64,000 nucleotides of DNA from Eledone cirrhosa (GCA_964016885.1 OZ024746.1:82026001-82090000); one strand, 5' to 3'. Positions 40,478-55,259 are shown, counted from the stretch's first letter. The notes: generated by a model from the sequence alone, not told the origin. Numbers and translations: made by a program.

Positions 40478-41300
40478 TCAGGTCACCAGTTGGTGCTATT
40501 GGTAACATGTATTCCAGTACAACCTGTCCCATGGTCGGGTCGTTGGCGACTAAACTGGCAACCCCACCAAGGTTTCTTGGTGAGGAGGGTGACTTTGGAC
40601 ATCCTGCAGGACTAAAAACAAAACCTGTCAAAGGAGCTCTTAAGAGTCAATGGCCATCCAAAATCACCGGGAGAGATGACCCCTTAGCCTTTGTCAAGGC
40701 AGAATTCTAGGAGAAGGAAAACTCTGATATAACACCTGCAACCCTGATAGTATCCAATGATGTTGACTTGTTCTTCTTTTTGGTAAATATCATCTTGGTT
40801 AAGAGAGTGGGACTGGCTTTGTGCAGTGCCTTTGCTCACTATAAAAGCTTCACGGCACAGGCATTGCTTTATATCTGGAGATCTCTCTGCACTTGTCATC
40901 ACATGGTACCATGGGCCCAGCACTATGTGTTAATAATTGTTACAAGTGTAGTGTTTGTACCAGAGTTTTCAAGTCGCTGGCTGGACTAAAAAGTCACACT
41001 CGTTCAGCGCATCGGTAGGGGTTCTCCTACATGGATATAAAGTAGTGGCCGTACTCGAAAACGAGTTGGCAGCCACCATTTATGTATGTTTGTATGTAGA
41101 ACTAGTTCCGGACTAAAAAAAAACACATGGTGGTACATAAAGATTGTGTCCCACAGGGTGACCCCGCCGGACCTGTGGAAAGCACAACTCTCTCCTGTTA
41201 CCTGGCCTACAAAGTCATCTACGAAGTCATGGGCGCAGATGGGATGACAACGACGAATCAATAACAGATGGCAATCGTCTGTAAGACTCTGCAATCCTCA
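40478..41300 (+). mobile_element. Non-coding RTE-derived element between (TATG)n arrays
   Basis: ctaggagaaggaaaactctgatataac resembles RTE 5' UTRs; shares tagcctttgtca.ggc...ctagga and gatgttga blocks with the 52848-53185 family. Confidence 0.5.
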
Positions 41301-42574
41301 TGTATGTATGTATGTATGTATGTATGCACGGGCGCTGGAAGCATTTCTTAATTGGGGGGGGGGGGGACACATTTGGTCAATTTAGTTGTAGCGATTGCAC
41401 TCTAAAATGATCAAAAAATTTCGATATGCGATAAACATAACATGTACATAAATTGTAGCGATATCCAAATAGATGGGGAGAAATTACCAAAACACGCACT
41501 GCTACACGGAACTCTCTTCCAATGCTCCTCTCTATATCAATTAATACCAAACTCTCACCCTCTCTTTATCTACTACACGGAACTCTCTTCCAATGCCCCT
41601 CACTATATCTAAACTCCAATCTCTCCCCCCGCTCTATATCTAATATACAACAGACTCTCCCAACCTTCCTCTCTATATCAATTACCACCACCAAACTCTC
41701 CCCCCTCCCATTATCTATCTCTATCTCTCCCATCTATTTTCTACATAACATGTACACAAATTGAAGCGCATATACAAATAGATGTGTGTTTTGGTAGTAT
41801 GGGGAGAAAATATATTATTATTGGGCGCCCAACCATTTAGTTCCATCGTCCCTCGTATGTATGTACATTTAAAGGACGCTCGTGATTTTAGACAGAACTA
41901 TCTTACAATCTTAATTCCTCTTAGAAAGATATTTAATCACTGAGAATGTGCAACGAAACAACTCAGTCTTGCTGATTTTATTTTCTTCATTATTTATGTA
42001 TAATGTCTACATGTAAATTGAACTAGAAACAGTAAGCTTCTAGCAATAATATCTTCATGTAATATCCTAACCGGAGAATTGACTGGTATATTCGTTGTGC
42101 ACGATTTAAGGTAATAAATATATGATTAAATTATACTTTATTACTAGATATCTTCTCCGACTTCCTTGTTTGCATCATTTGAATATATATCTACGTAAAA
42201 TGGATTTCTGTCGGTTGCGACGATGAGTGAGCAGTTGTACGATCAACAAAACTACTGTACATGGTCATTGAATTAGTGTATAAGCAGTTAAGTATTCCAT
42301 TGACACGTGGACTATTAATGTAATTCTCGAACAAAATCAACTTGTTACAATGTCTGACAATGATGGGTACTTCAATTACATTTGACGGGCTTCTGTACAG
42401 TTTCTGCTAACCTAATTTCACTTTTAAAAATTGGTTCGACTCAAGGTATGGTAATCAATATTATGTAGTTGTATCGAACTCACGATATCCTAATTGCGAA
42501 ACGAACTTCTTGATCACCATTAAGTCATAGGTCGTTTACAACAACCGACAATGTTACATTATTTTTTCTCGAAA

Positions 42575-42755
42575 GGTCGGTGGATTGGCAGAATCGGTAG
42601 AGCTTCGCAGCATAGAGTTACGTCTCTTTATGTCCCGAGTTCAAATCACGCCGAGGTTAACTTTGCCTTCCATCCTTACGGGGTCGATAAAATAAAGTAC
42701 CAGTAATACACTGGAATAATTGCTGGCCTTATGCCAAAAGTAGAAACAATTATTT
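42575..42755 (+). mobile_element. tRNA-derived SINE (main family)
   Basis: A/B boxes, core and tail. Confidence 0.8.
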
Positions 42756-43132
42756 TTTCTCGAGTTTTATTGGAACATTATTTATGTGATTGTATATACA
42801 CACACGTATATACACACACGTATATACACGTATATACACGTATATACACACACGTATATACATACAGAGGTTATGATTTCGTCATCCTACCAGTCTCTGG
42901 GGCCTTGCCTTTCATCCCTCTAAACGCGAGAGTGGGCTGAACAGTTCATAGACTAACTACGAAGGAGTGATGCTAGAGCTGTGAAATCCTGTATGCATTA
43001 AATTCAGCTCTCCTTTTTAATAACTGCATTGTTTTGGAGCGGGCGGTTCAGGAACTATGTTTTAAAATAAAGCTCATTTGGCAATTCCATAAGAGTATCT
43101 TTTTCAGCCTATGAACATTTCAGCCGACATTC

Positions 43133-43199
<67 letters not shown>

Positions 43200-43409
43200 T
43201 AGTTCAACCTGATTAGTTCTATCGTTGCTCTGGTATATATATTGTGTGTTAGTTTAGCCTACCACAATGTTCGATTTGTCAAGCTATTTAAACGTATGTT
43301 ATAACTCTAAGGCCCTACCTTATCGAGTGCTTTGCTAACTCATCATTTCATATAAGTAGGCCGAATTCACTTGCAAATCGCCAGAGATTCGATTTTACTG
43401 ATTTCCAAT

Positions 43410-43480
<71 letters not shown>

Positions 43481-43723
43481 TATGCTCGTATATTCATTTT
43501 CTTTATTGCACATTTGAAATTCACGCTTTCCGTTTGTTTAATTCATATAGATATAAAATCCTGATATTGACTAATTACTGAAACTTTTAATACCCTCGTC
43601 AATTAAATATTTCGCTTAGTTGATCTAAAATTGTACTGCCCAATTTTATATGCATCTGTCTGCTATACAATTCTTGACAATTATTTAAGTGGCCCAAATT
43701 ATTATATTCGCCTTCCTGTAGAC

Positions 43724-44000
43724 CAGAGGTTCTCAAACGTTTTGGGCCCCCCCCCCTCACAGCCACGTAATACCCTCAGTGCCTCCCACCCCTATTTCCA
43801 GAGAGACCTGTCTACATGAAAATTGTAAATGATATATAATAAATAATATAATGTATAAATAAATATTATAATTTTCTTTATTTTACTATATTTATATATA
43901 TGTATCATTTGCTATTATATTATCTCTACCCCAGCGCTCCCTGGAGCTTCTCACCCCCCCCCCCCCCCACACACACACTTTCAGACTTTCAGAACCTCTG
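43724..44000. mobile_element. hAT-type MITE
   Basis: TIRs CAGAGGTTCTCAAA / TTTCAGAACCTCTG; 8-bp TSD CTGTAGAC at 43716-43723 and 44001-44008. Confidence 0.85.
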
Positions 44001-44206
44001 CTGTAGACCATTCTCAAGGTATCCATTCTTTCGTCTCTAATACAGTTGTTATACGTAAGAGACTGCTCCGTACCTTTGAACATTCCTGTTTGATCTATAT
44101 AAGGGATGGCGAGAGAGATGGAGGCGATGATAGTGGGAGTTCGATTCTTCCGTGTTCGGACTTGGTGTGCAGCGTCAGTTATCCGTAGGGAGGTAGTGAT
44201 TCATAC

Positions 44207-44267
<61 letters not shown>

Positions 44268-44329
44268 AGTATTATATTGTTTACTAGGTGCTTATTATTC
44301 TATTTACACAGACCTGCCTACAATTATGT

Positions 44330-44570
44330 TCTATCCTGGAACAGAAAACCTCTATATAACCCGAAACCCTTGTGATGATAAAAACACCTGTATATTGCGT
44401 GGCTAAACGAGTTAGTCAACAGCGGCTGGCTATATGCAAGAGACTGCTCCGTACCTTTGACCTTAACCATTGCTGTTTAATTTATATACTCGAAACCCTT
44501 GTGATGATAAAAATATCTGTATATTACGCGGCTAAACGAGTCACTGTCTTTAGTTCAACAGCGGCTGGCA
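44330..44570. repeat. Imperfect ~130-bp tandem duplication
   Basis: cgaaacccttgtgatgataaaaa...gctaaacgagt at ~44361 and ~44490; gagactgctccgtacctttga also at ~44060. Confidence 0.7.
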
Positions 44571-44977
44571 TGGTAAAGTCGCCGAAGTATTAACATGGTT
44601 CAAGAGGTACCTTGTGTTAGATATCTAATATTTTCCTATTTTATATTCGACGCCCATTCTTCGTATAATTTACATATGCGTAAATTCATAGCACCGATAA
44701 CCTGCGAGGTAATTGAACCCTAGAATGAACTGAAATTGTACTGACTACTGTGAATGTGTTTGTGTGTTTGTGAGTATGTGTGTATGTGTGTGTATGGGTT
44801 TGCATGTGTTTGTTTGAGTGTGTATAAATATGTGTGTGCGTGGGTGTATGTTTGTGTATGTTTATGAGTATATGTTTGTGTGTCTCTCTCTCTCTCTTTC
44901 TCTCTACGTGTGGGCCCGATTCTGTACATGTATTTATGTGTGTATAAGTGTGTATGAGTGTTTGTGTGTGTGTGTGT

Positions 44978-45013
<36 letters not shown>

Positions 45014-45344
45014 AAACATGATTATTTTGTCGCCTTTCATCCTTACGGGGTCGATAAAATAAAGTACCAGTAATGCACTGGGTAATTGCTGGCCTTGTGC
45101 CTAAAATAGAAACAATTATTTTGTCGTCTAGATAATTTCATTTTCGCACTTGAATATTTGATACCCATAGAAGCTAAGCAACAGCTAAATTATCGACACT
45201 TCATATGTGACATGAAAGTATTCAACACTCTTAAGTCATCTTAGAAAACATGTTTGATATATTATTAAGATAGTGAAAGTTATTCAGAATTATCTTCTTC
45301 GTTAATCCTCACTTGATGCGTTTAACGTACGCTCACACACACAC

Positions 45345-45418
<74 letters not shown>

Positions 45419-45815
45419 CATATGTATATATACATAATACATACAAACATACATACCTATACATATACATAGATAGATAGATAGATGGATAGATACACAC
45501 GTGTGTTTGTGTGTATATATAAACACTCTAAACTTTGATATGGGATTAAGCATTTGTGCATACACGTGCGTGCCTGTGAGTACATGCATACATACATACA
45601 TACATGCATACATGCATACATACATACATACATGCATACATAGATACATACATACATACATACATACATACATACATACATACATACATACATACATACA
45701 TACATACATGATGGCTGCCCCCTCGTTATCGAGTATGGCCATTGCACGAGGAGAAAGAAAAAAAAAAAAAATAATAATAATAATAAATAAATAAAAATAA
45801 AAAATAAAAAAAATA

Positions 45816-45855
<40 letters not shown>

Positions 45856-45968
45856 CACATACATATATACACACACACACACATACTCACACACACATAT
45901 ACACACACATACATTAATAACAATAATAATAATAATAATAACAACAATAATAATAACGACAACAACAA

Positions 45969-46105
45969 TAATTGTTTCTACTTTAGACACAAGGCCAGCA
46001 ATTACCCAGTGCATTACTGGTACTTTATTTTATCGACCCTGTAAGGATGAAAGGCAAAGTCAACCTCGGCGGGATTTGAACTCAGATCATAAAGGGACGT
46101 AACTA
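45969..46105 (-). mobile_element. 5'-truncated SINE (main family)
   Basis: Tail, core and B box present; a 3' half copy also at ~45028-45120 (+). Confidence 0.8.
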
Positions 46106-46164
46106 TACAACAATAATGATATACATATACATATATATATACACACACACGCATACACATAAGC

Positions 46165-46198
<34 letters not shown>

Positions 46199-46206
46199 GA
46201 TAGCAA

Positions 46207-49200
46207 CTAACAGCGCTGCGATCGAATGTGGCTTTTTAGCCCAGCCAATGATCTAAAATGTCTTGCACAGAGTCGGCAACCAAAACATTCACTGGGAATA
46301 GTCGGCTGTGGTTGGAGTTCGTGTACTCTTGCATGTCGCTTGAGCCCTCCTGCTGATTTACATTCTCTACCACATGTTTGGCAAGCATGATGAGTAGCAT
46401 CTCCAACAGCAGCCTGGTAGTCAACCACTGGTCTTACTTTATGACTGCGAAGATGACTTTCGAGTCCAGCTTTGCTTAGGCACAGACGCTGCATGTCACC
46501 ACCATAGGAGGACCCTCACCGTCTGGAAGTGCAACAGCAATGCCCTTCCTCACATCCCGCTTTACTTTCTCGTATGTGATTCGAGATGTCTCAAAGGCAA
46601 CTTTTCCCTCATATACAGTCTTTCTCCATTTATTACGATCAGCAGCAATATTTTCCCATGTATCAGCAGAGATGTTAGCGTCTTTCAGAGAGGCTTTCAA
46701 GGAATCCTTATACCTCTTTTTTGGTTTATGTGGCGGTCGTTTTACTTTAACCAACTCTCCATAAAAGAGTTGTTTTGGTATTCTAGAATCCTTCATCCTG
46801 GCAAGGTGACCACTCCAACGGAGTCGTTGCTTAAGCACAAGAGCTTCTATACTGTCACACATAGAGCTTTCCAAAATCAAGACATCGCTGATGTGGTCCC
46901 TCCAGTGAACGCCATGGATCCGTCTGAGACACATCTGATAGAAACGCTCCAATTGCTTAAGGTGGTGTCGATATGTGACCCAGGTCTCGCAGGCATAAAG
47001 AAGACAAGAGAGCACACATGCCCTGTACACCTTTACCTTTGTCCTCCTGCATATGTCTCGCCGACCCCAGAGTCGCCTTTCTAGCTTTCCGAAAGCATCA
47101 CTTGCTTTCCTAATCCTAAGTGAGATTTCACTGTCAAGGTTGCTGTATCGATTGACAGTGCTTCCCAGGTAGACAAACTGATCAACCACTCCAAGTCATT
47201 TACCATACACATAGATATTTGGTTTAGTTTACTGCTTACCAGGGGCAGGTTGGTACATGACGACGGGTTTCTTGAGACTGACAGTCAATCCTAGGGCAGT
47301 GCAAGCGTCAGAAAATGCATTCAAAATGTGCTGCATATCACTCTCTGTGTGCGCTACAAGATCGCAATCATCTGCATACAAGAGGTCTCTTATGATTGAT
47401 GTAAATACTTTTGTCTTTGCAGCAAAGCGCCTGATGTTAAATATGCTGCCTGACGTTCGATATCGGATGTAAACTCCATGCTCGCAATTCCTGAATGCAA
47501 TACAGAAAACCATTGCAAAGTATATGGCAAACAGGGTCGGTACTGGAATATCCCCCTGTTTCACTCCATTTTTTACTGAGATAGGCTCCGACATGTTACC
47601 TCCGACATTAACCCAAGCCTTCATGTCGTCATGGAAAGACCTAACTAAAGCAAGGAACTTATCTGGGCAACCAAGTTTCTGGAGAACCTTCCATAATGCA
47701 TCTCTGTTAACAGTATCGAAAGCTTTTGTCAGATCGACAAAAACCTGATACAGATCCAAGCCTTGTTCCATGCACTTCTCCTGGAGCTGTCTAGCTGAGA
47801 AGATCATATCAGTAGTGCCGCGTCCAGCACGAAAACCAGATTGACTTTCAGGAAGGACACAATCTGCAATGTGTGTCAGCAGACGGTCCAGAAGCACCCT
47901 ACATAAAACTTTCCCTACGACAGAAAGCAATGATATACCTCTGTAGTTCCCACAATCATTCCTGTTACCCTTCCCTTGTACAAGACCACCATTACTGCAT
48001 CTCTCCAGTCCTCAGGTACGGATTCATTAGCCCATATCCTGCCAAACAAAGAGTGAAGATGTTGCAGGAGTCTCTCACCACCATATTGTAGGAGCTCAGC
48101 ATGTATGCCAACCATACCTGGAGATCTTCCACTGTTCAGCTTCGAAATAGCCGCTGCAACCTTCACAAGCGTCGGAGGTTCTGCGAGAGCTACTTTCACA
48201 GGACTTTCTGGAATGAGATTAAGGAAATCTTCACTGACGACAGACGGCTGATTCAAAAGATCATCAAAGTGCTCTCGCCACCTTCATAGAATTCCTTGTG
48301 AGTCACGAAGAAGTTCTTTGCCATCCTTGCTGCGAAGCGGTGTCACCAGAGAAGAAGACGGTCCATAAACCTCACGCAAGAGACTGTACAATAGCTTTGT
48401 GTTATTGGAATCTGACGCAGTTTGTATCTCACCAGCCTTCTCACTCCACCACTGATCCTTCATCTGAGAAAGACTCCGCCTAACACGTGATTTTACATCC
48501 TTGAGTTCCTCATGCAACGTACTCCTCTCCTGTGGTTTTGCCGTCAAGTAGCGTGACAGAGCACGCCTCTTATCAGCCAACAAGTCTTCTATATGTACAT
48601 CATTCTCATTAAACCAGTCCTGATGTTTTCTCTGCACCAATCCCAGAACACGTCTGCCTACATCATAAACCGACTTTTTAAGGGTCGGCCAATCATCACC
48701 AAGATCTGCAGCCTGCATCTCTTCTTCCAATGTCCTCTTCACATTTTTATCCTTAAGACGAGTAGCATTCAATCTTTTGGGCAGGGTAACACCAGGAGCC
48801 CGGATTTTACGTTTGGTGATTAGATTCACTTTTGCGCGTACCAGGCGGTAGTCCGTCCAGCACTCAGCTCCACGAAGAGCACGAACACACTGCACATCCT
48901 GTCTGTCACGCATCCTGACTAGGACATAGTCCAAAAGATGCCATTCCTTAGATGCAGGATGCATCCATGTGGTCTTGAATTTGTTCTTTTGTTGGAACAT
49001 GGTGTTGGTAACACACAGATCCAGCTCCTCACACATCTGCAGCAGGAGCATACCATTGTTGTTACAATTTCTCACCCCATGCCTTCCGATTACATTCCAT
49101 GTGTTAAAATCCCTACCCACTCTAGCATTAAAGTCACCAAGCACGATGACTTTGTCTGCCTGAGGGATATTTCTTAAAACACCTTTCAAAGCATGGTAAA

Positions 49201-49650
49201 ATGACACTTTTTCTTCATCGACAGAATTCATAGTTGGAGCATACACACTCACCAGGGTCGCATATCTTCCTTTGTCCAGCGGAATTCTCATGGACATAAG
49301 ACGCTCACTAATCCCTACTGGGAATTCTTCTAATTTATTCACAAGTACAGTCTTAACAGCAAATCCTACCCCAGCCTCTCTTCTGGTTCCTTCATCTCTT
49401 CCTTTCCAGAAGAATGTATATTCTCCACAAAATTCTGTAAGATGACCATCTCCAGCTAACCTCGTCTCAGATAAAGCCACGATGTCAAGATCGTAACGTC
49501 GAAGCTCCTTTGCAACAAGAGCGGTCCTTCGTTCAGGATGCTCCAAGGAATCCCTGTCAAGCAGCGTCCGTACGTTCCAGCAGCCAAGACTAAATGCCTT
49601 GTTTGGCTTTATTACAATGGCACGATGACGAGCGGCCCCAGGCTGTGATA
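46207..49650 (-). pseudogene. Near full-length RTE-clade LINE ORF, frameshifted (APE, RT, three C2H2 fingers)
   Basis: GCWNVRTL, LSETR, VYAPT, GDFNARVG, DLTKAFDTV, GVKQGD, YADD, LRWSGH; split over ORFs 48284-49789, 47915-48256, 47229-47930, 46476-47189 and 46207-46494. Confidence 0.9.
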
Positions 49651-50663
49651 ACCTGGGGCCCTTGCCCTTATTGCCAATTATCTTTTTTGTTCCAGAACCT
49701 AAATTGCCAATTATCTCTTTTTTATTGTTCTGGAACATCATTGAATTTAAAAAAAAAAAAATAAAAAAAAGTAATAATAATAGTAACAATAATAATAATA
49801 ATAATAGTACACTATTAATAATTATTAATGCACTCGTGCAATGCCTGTGCGTGACGAATATTTTTAAAGTGAGGAAAGACTGTGCACTGAGCCAATCCCA
49901 CTCTCAGTGGCTATAACCCAAAGTAGCTATAACCCGAAAAGAAGAAAAAATCAACATCATCGGTAACTACTGAGCCGCAGGTTTTATGTCGGAGTTAATC
50001 CAGTTTCCTGAGATGCCTTCTCCTAGAAGAATGCATACATACATACATACATACATACATACATACATACATACATACATACATACATACATACATACAT
50101 ACATACATACATACATACATACATCTGTATATCTTCTTTTAGTATACAACACCAGAATTATGATAGGTTACAATTGGTGTAATAAATTAGATCTCTTCGG
50201 AGAACATATTTCAGAATATAAGATGAACGAGTTTATACTGTAAAGATAATCTTATATCTGTATGTCAGTGTTTAGATGACTAATATAAATTATTTAGAAG
50301 CTACATATAGAAGATATGTAGCCTATGAATGTATATATAAATCAAGGAAACAAAAAACGGACAAACAAGAGGTTGCAATAACGTAAATTTATATTAATTT
50401 CACGCTATATATAAAACATGAAGTATAAGTCAAGGGGTTAAAATTAACTTCCTTTATTCATAGTCGCTGTTATGCAACATCTATGACCTCATCAGACAAC
50501 TAGAATTTGAACAGAAAAAAAAACAGAAAAACAGAAAGATGAAATAAACCTTACTTCTGTTGTTTTGATTCATTGATACGCTCCGGACTGAAGGAACATC
50601 GTAACAGTATTGAGTACTTTAACCGATGAATTGCCTGTAACTATAGTTATACACATATCTACC

Positions 50664-50694
<31 letters not shown>

Positions 50695-51119
50695 ATCGCC
50701 TAACGTTATCTAATAACCCATACAAGATGACACACATCCCCGCTAAAAGAAACATTTCTTTTCATTAACTACGTTTCACTATCTCTTTCACTTATTTACC
50801 AACCATTTACTAGTTGTCTATATATGGTTATATATTTATTTATTCATTTAATTATTCTCCCCATCCGCTTAAGATTCCATCAACATGTACCATGCGATAT
50901 AGTTCTCATATTATAATAATTACATAGAGACATAAGTACGTTGTAGTATTAAGGTGTATATCAATATCTTACCTATATTTATTATAGTGGAGATGGGATT
51001 ATATCCCATATGAAAACAACTGTGAGATGATTCTACCGCCACACACTCCACGGCATATTTGCATATTTGCATATTTGCATATTTGCATATTTACATAAAA
51101 ATCATATAATTTAACATTA

Positions 51120-51948
51120 ATAAATAACAATAAAGTATATATAATAAAATAACAATTGAAATCCCCAATAAGGGGGAACGTTACTGCAGGGTTGTTTTAC
51201 TCCTCGTGGATAGAACAACCCTCAACACCAGGAACACGTTTTGTAGGTGTTCCTGTCTTCCTTGTGTTTATCTTCCGCAACCTACAGGTTTATATACAGA
51301 AAAGGCCCATTCACTCGGACCATTTTCGCCACATTCACCCACCTTTCAGCGAATTTACTGGGGTGTAGCACCTCTCTCTCCACTCTCACCTTCCTTCTGA
51401 AGTTGTACTTAAAGAAGGGGATAAGTTGTCCACCATATTACCTCTTTCGCCATAGCCACCAGACAGAGGAAAACCGCCTCTCCTTCATTCTTAAATTAAG
51501 GCGGCGGGGTGATCCTCCCGATGGACTCGGCTGACAACTGGATGCGTCCCACACGTGACAGTAGCTGTTCGACATAATTCCACAGGTCGGTTACCCCTGA
51601 ATAATTGCGTGCAGAACCGTTTCGATGTCCTGCTCGCATCTTGGACAGGTCTTTTTGGCAGGATGTCTACCAGGGCGTCCGTGCCTGTAGATTTTGTCTC
51701 GAACTGGTAGAGCTCCTCGGTGGCACTTCCAGGCCAGAGACCTCTGGAAGTTATCCATAGGCCCTGGATGGAAAGTCCTCCCGAACAGACTGGTCAGTTC
51801 GTCCTCCTCGATGCCTAGATTTTCCCCGAGAACGTCGTCGTACTTATCCTCCACTAATCCCCTATATAATGTCGAAGTGGAGTCTCCGCTGATTGCCGTT
51901 TCCGCTTGGTAGAGGGCTGTGAGCGCCTGAAGGCACACGAGGTGCCAA
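51120..51948 (-). mobile_element. Divergent 5'-truncated Tx1 relative
   Basis: ORF 51591-51938 aligns to the ORF2 C-terminus (GPMDNFQRSLAW...CPRCEQDIETVLHA); related 3' UTR. Confidence 0.85.
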
Positions 51949-52228
51949 AATATTAGTTTCTAATCTTTTGCCTTTTGTTTCTGTCCTTATGTATTATTTT
52001 CACTTGTAATGTCAACTACTCGAGATGTTATTTTTATGAAATATTCTGCAGTTGCAGACATAGAAATAAAATGCCAGATATATTGTATATGTGTTGTATA
52101 TGATTATAAAACTGCTTGTAAACTCTTAAATGCCCCGTGGTTTATCTGCATCTAATACGTATTCACGTATCTGATGTCTGTAACTCACTGTTTCTTTATA
52201 TTCAATTAGATCATTTTACTTGGCATTA

Positions 52229-52412
52229 TGGATTGGCAGTATCGGTAGAGGGTCGGACGCTATGCTTTCCAGCATAGTTACGTCCCTTTACGATCTGAGT
52301 TCAAATCCCGCCGAGGTTGACTTTGCCTTTCATCCTTACGGGGTCGATAAAATAAAGTACCAGTAATGCACTGGGTAATTGCTGGCCTTGTGCCTAAAGT
52401 AGAAACAATTAT
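52229..52412 (+). mobile_element. tRNA-derived SINE (main family)
   Basis: Near consensus; an opposed copy at 52574-52765 and a fragment at 52771-52825. Confidence 0.85.
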
Positions 52413-52847
52413 GTGTACATACCCTCTCTCACACACACACATTTACACACACACACACAAATACACACATACATGCATGAATACATACATACATAAATTC
52501 CAATGAAAGAGTCTTGTGTCTATGTTAGAAGTCGGCTCTCTCTCTCTCTCTCTATTGGTAAAAAGTTATAAAATAATTATTTCTACTTTTGGCACAAGGT
52601 CAGCAATTATCTCAGTGTATTACTGGTACTTTATTTTATCGACCCCGCAAGGATGAAAGGCAAAATTAACCTCGGCGAGATTTGAACTCAGACCATAATG
52701 GGCCGTAACTCTTTGCTGCAAAGCATGGCGCCCGACCCTCTACCGATACTGCCAATACACTGCCCCTGAAATAATTGTTTCTACTTTTTTGGCACAAGGC
52801 CAGCAATTATCCAGTGTATTACTGGAAGCCTGAACATACATAAATAC

Positions 52848-53185
52848 ATGATGGCTGCCCCTCATTATAGAGTATGGCCACTGCACGTTATGACATTATT
52901 AATGATTATCAATTAATGCTATCACGCAATTCCTGTGCGTGACGATTTTTTTTTAGAGTGAGAAAAAACTGTGCACTGAGCCAATCCCACTCTCTGAGCG
53001 ACAGTAGCTATAACCCGAAAAGAAGAAAAGATCAACATCATCGGTAACTACTGAGCCGTAGGTTTTATGTCGGAATTACCCCAGTTTCCTGAGTTGCTTT
53101 TTCCTAGAAGAATGCCCTGACAAAGGCTAGGAGTCCTTGACTCCCAGTGGTTTAACCACACGATCGGGAATCTAGTCCGATTATA
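52848..53185 (-). mobile_element. Short RTE-related non-autonomous repeat with (ATGT)n ends
   Basis: Homologous to 49820-50034 and 45708-45748. Confidence 0.6.
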
Positions 53186-55227
53186 CATACATACATGTGC
53201 ACTACAGGATTTGTGTTATATCACTGGGTATAATTCTGAAGAGTATTTGTCGTGTGTTTTTAAGCGGAGAGGGGCGTGATATTTTTGTAGATTAGGTGTT
53301 GCGTATCTTGTGTAAAGAGTCTACTTCTGTAAGTTGTACTATTGAATTAGAAACATTTTCCATAGTATGTGGTCTGAGCTGAGCCAAGCTATTTTTTCAG
53401 ACTTTGTGTTTTAAACTCGGTGCTCTAATTATTAGTGATAATATATTTACTTTCATATCCCACATCCTGCTAATTTAAATTTCACCGTTGTCCTCTGTTA
53501 AAAATGCTAACACACCTAGCTAGTTTAAATTGAAATTATTTCGAAGGACCAACAATAACAACACTGCTATGAACAACATGTGCAATGGCAACTGGAACAA
53601 CAACATTAAAAATAAATATATTACGATCAGATAACAACATAACAGCCACAACTAGCATTGTTTCCACTACAACAACAATGACTGCACAAATCGACCAGTA
53701 ATATTTCCACTACCTCTACCACTAAAATCAATAGTTTTCAGTTTCTTCTACCACAGCCGCTCCCAACATTACTATTACCATATTCTCTGTGGCCTCCAGA
53801 ATTATCAAAGGATATTGTTTTTGCATCACTCTTGTTGCAACTGCAGTTTATACCACAATTACAACAAGAGTGCTGCAAATATCGTCTCCTTTGCAGTATC
53901 CATAAATGAAATTTAATCGATATTTCTCGAGGAGAAAAAAAAGACTCGAGAAAAGCTCAAAATCTCGTCCGGATACACAAGAGGGGGGACGTCATTTGCA
54001 TTGTCCCAGAGATCTTCAAGAGAATGGCCAGAACAAATACTTGTTGTTGTGTAGTGGTTAATGCCGATGAGTAGAAAATTTTAATTAAAAAACAGACGGT
54101 AGACCTATTTAATAAACAGATAAAATGTCATGTATAAACATTTCAAACTACTCTTTGAAAAACACAGAAATATTGTTGTTGAAAATATTAATTTAAATAC
54201 TAAAATGGTATAAAAAAAACACAGAAATCAACATCAAGAAAACTTCCTCTTTCCTAACGTTGTGGGTTTTAGAGAAATAGAGAAGTACTGATCGTGTGTC
54301 AACTTCGCAAAAAGGAAGATATGTGGAAAAAGTGTGTCACAAAAGAGAGTGTCGCCATGCTTTATTTTACGCATGAAAGAGCAGCGAGGATATTAACGTA
54401 CCTCCGTTTTGAAAATAATGGAAATGGTTGACATATGTCAACAAATAAAGAGTTATAAAGAGCACTGGACGATATGTGAAAAAATGTATCCTCCCTCGAT
54501 CTGGGCAGAACTTATGGAAACTTGTGTTGAGGATAATACGAGAAGGCATGTATTATAAACTGCTTCCAGTATATGAGAAAGAAAACTTCAAGGATCATAG
54601 CCAGAGATGTAGACTCTTGATTTGTTGTCACTTTTCCAGTACAATACGGGAAGGTAATGAGCACTGGAGTAACCCACAACAACAAATCCTCAGATGGGAT
54701 CTGTAGGAACCCTCACGTCGTAAGGGTTCTTAAATACCTTAATTCTATCGAATGCATACCCTATTGAGGGAGTCAAAAATGATCTGCTAGACTGGCTATG
54801 TTAAACAGAAAGCTCATTTGCTAGTCGTGCGATTGTAAGGACTATGTGGGGGCCTTCTCAGTAGTGGAAAAACGAAAACATAAGGGGTGAAGGTAACAGC
54901 TGTAACAGAAGTGATAACAGTAGAAATATGAGGTACAATAATATAAAGAAAGAGCATGTCTGCTGCTGCAGCCGCTAATTCCATATTACTACTGATCACT
55001 GCTTCGAGAATAATCAGAGCAAAAGCAGAGACAGTATCGCCTCATCCTCAGAAAAATTAACACAATGCGTTGACAAGGTGGTACACCGATAGACCTAAGC
55101 TTCTTTTCGGTCTACAGCATAGAGGCGGCCAGAGGGTCTGAGCAACATTCCCACCAGATTGTCTTGCGATGATGAAGAAAAAGGGAGCAAAAAGAAATGA
55201 GCCCTGACTATAAATAAGTAGATTGCT

Positions 55228-55257
<30 letters not shown>

Positions 55258-55259
<2 letters not shown>

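Noticed and set aside
41327-41856. Possible hAT MITE with internal C-rich repeats
   Set aside because: TIRs too imperfect and TSD obscured by (TATG)n
50440-50505. Minus-strand CTGATGA-GGTCATAG...CTATGA
   Set aside because: Stem II present but GAAA and stem III are lost; counted only as a degenerate motif
53900-55060. Coding-like segment, possibly a decayed transposon ORF
   Set aside because: No diagnostic motif recognised
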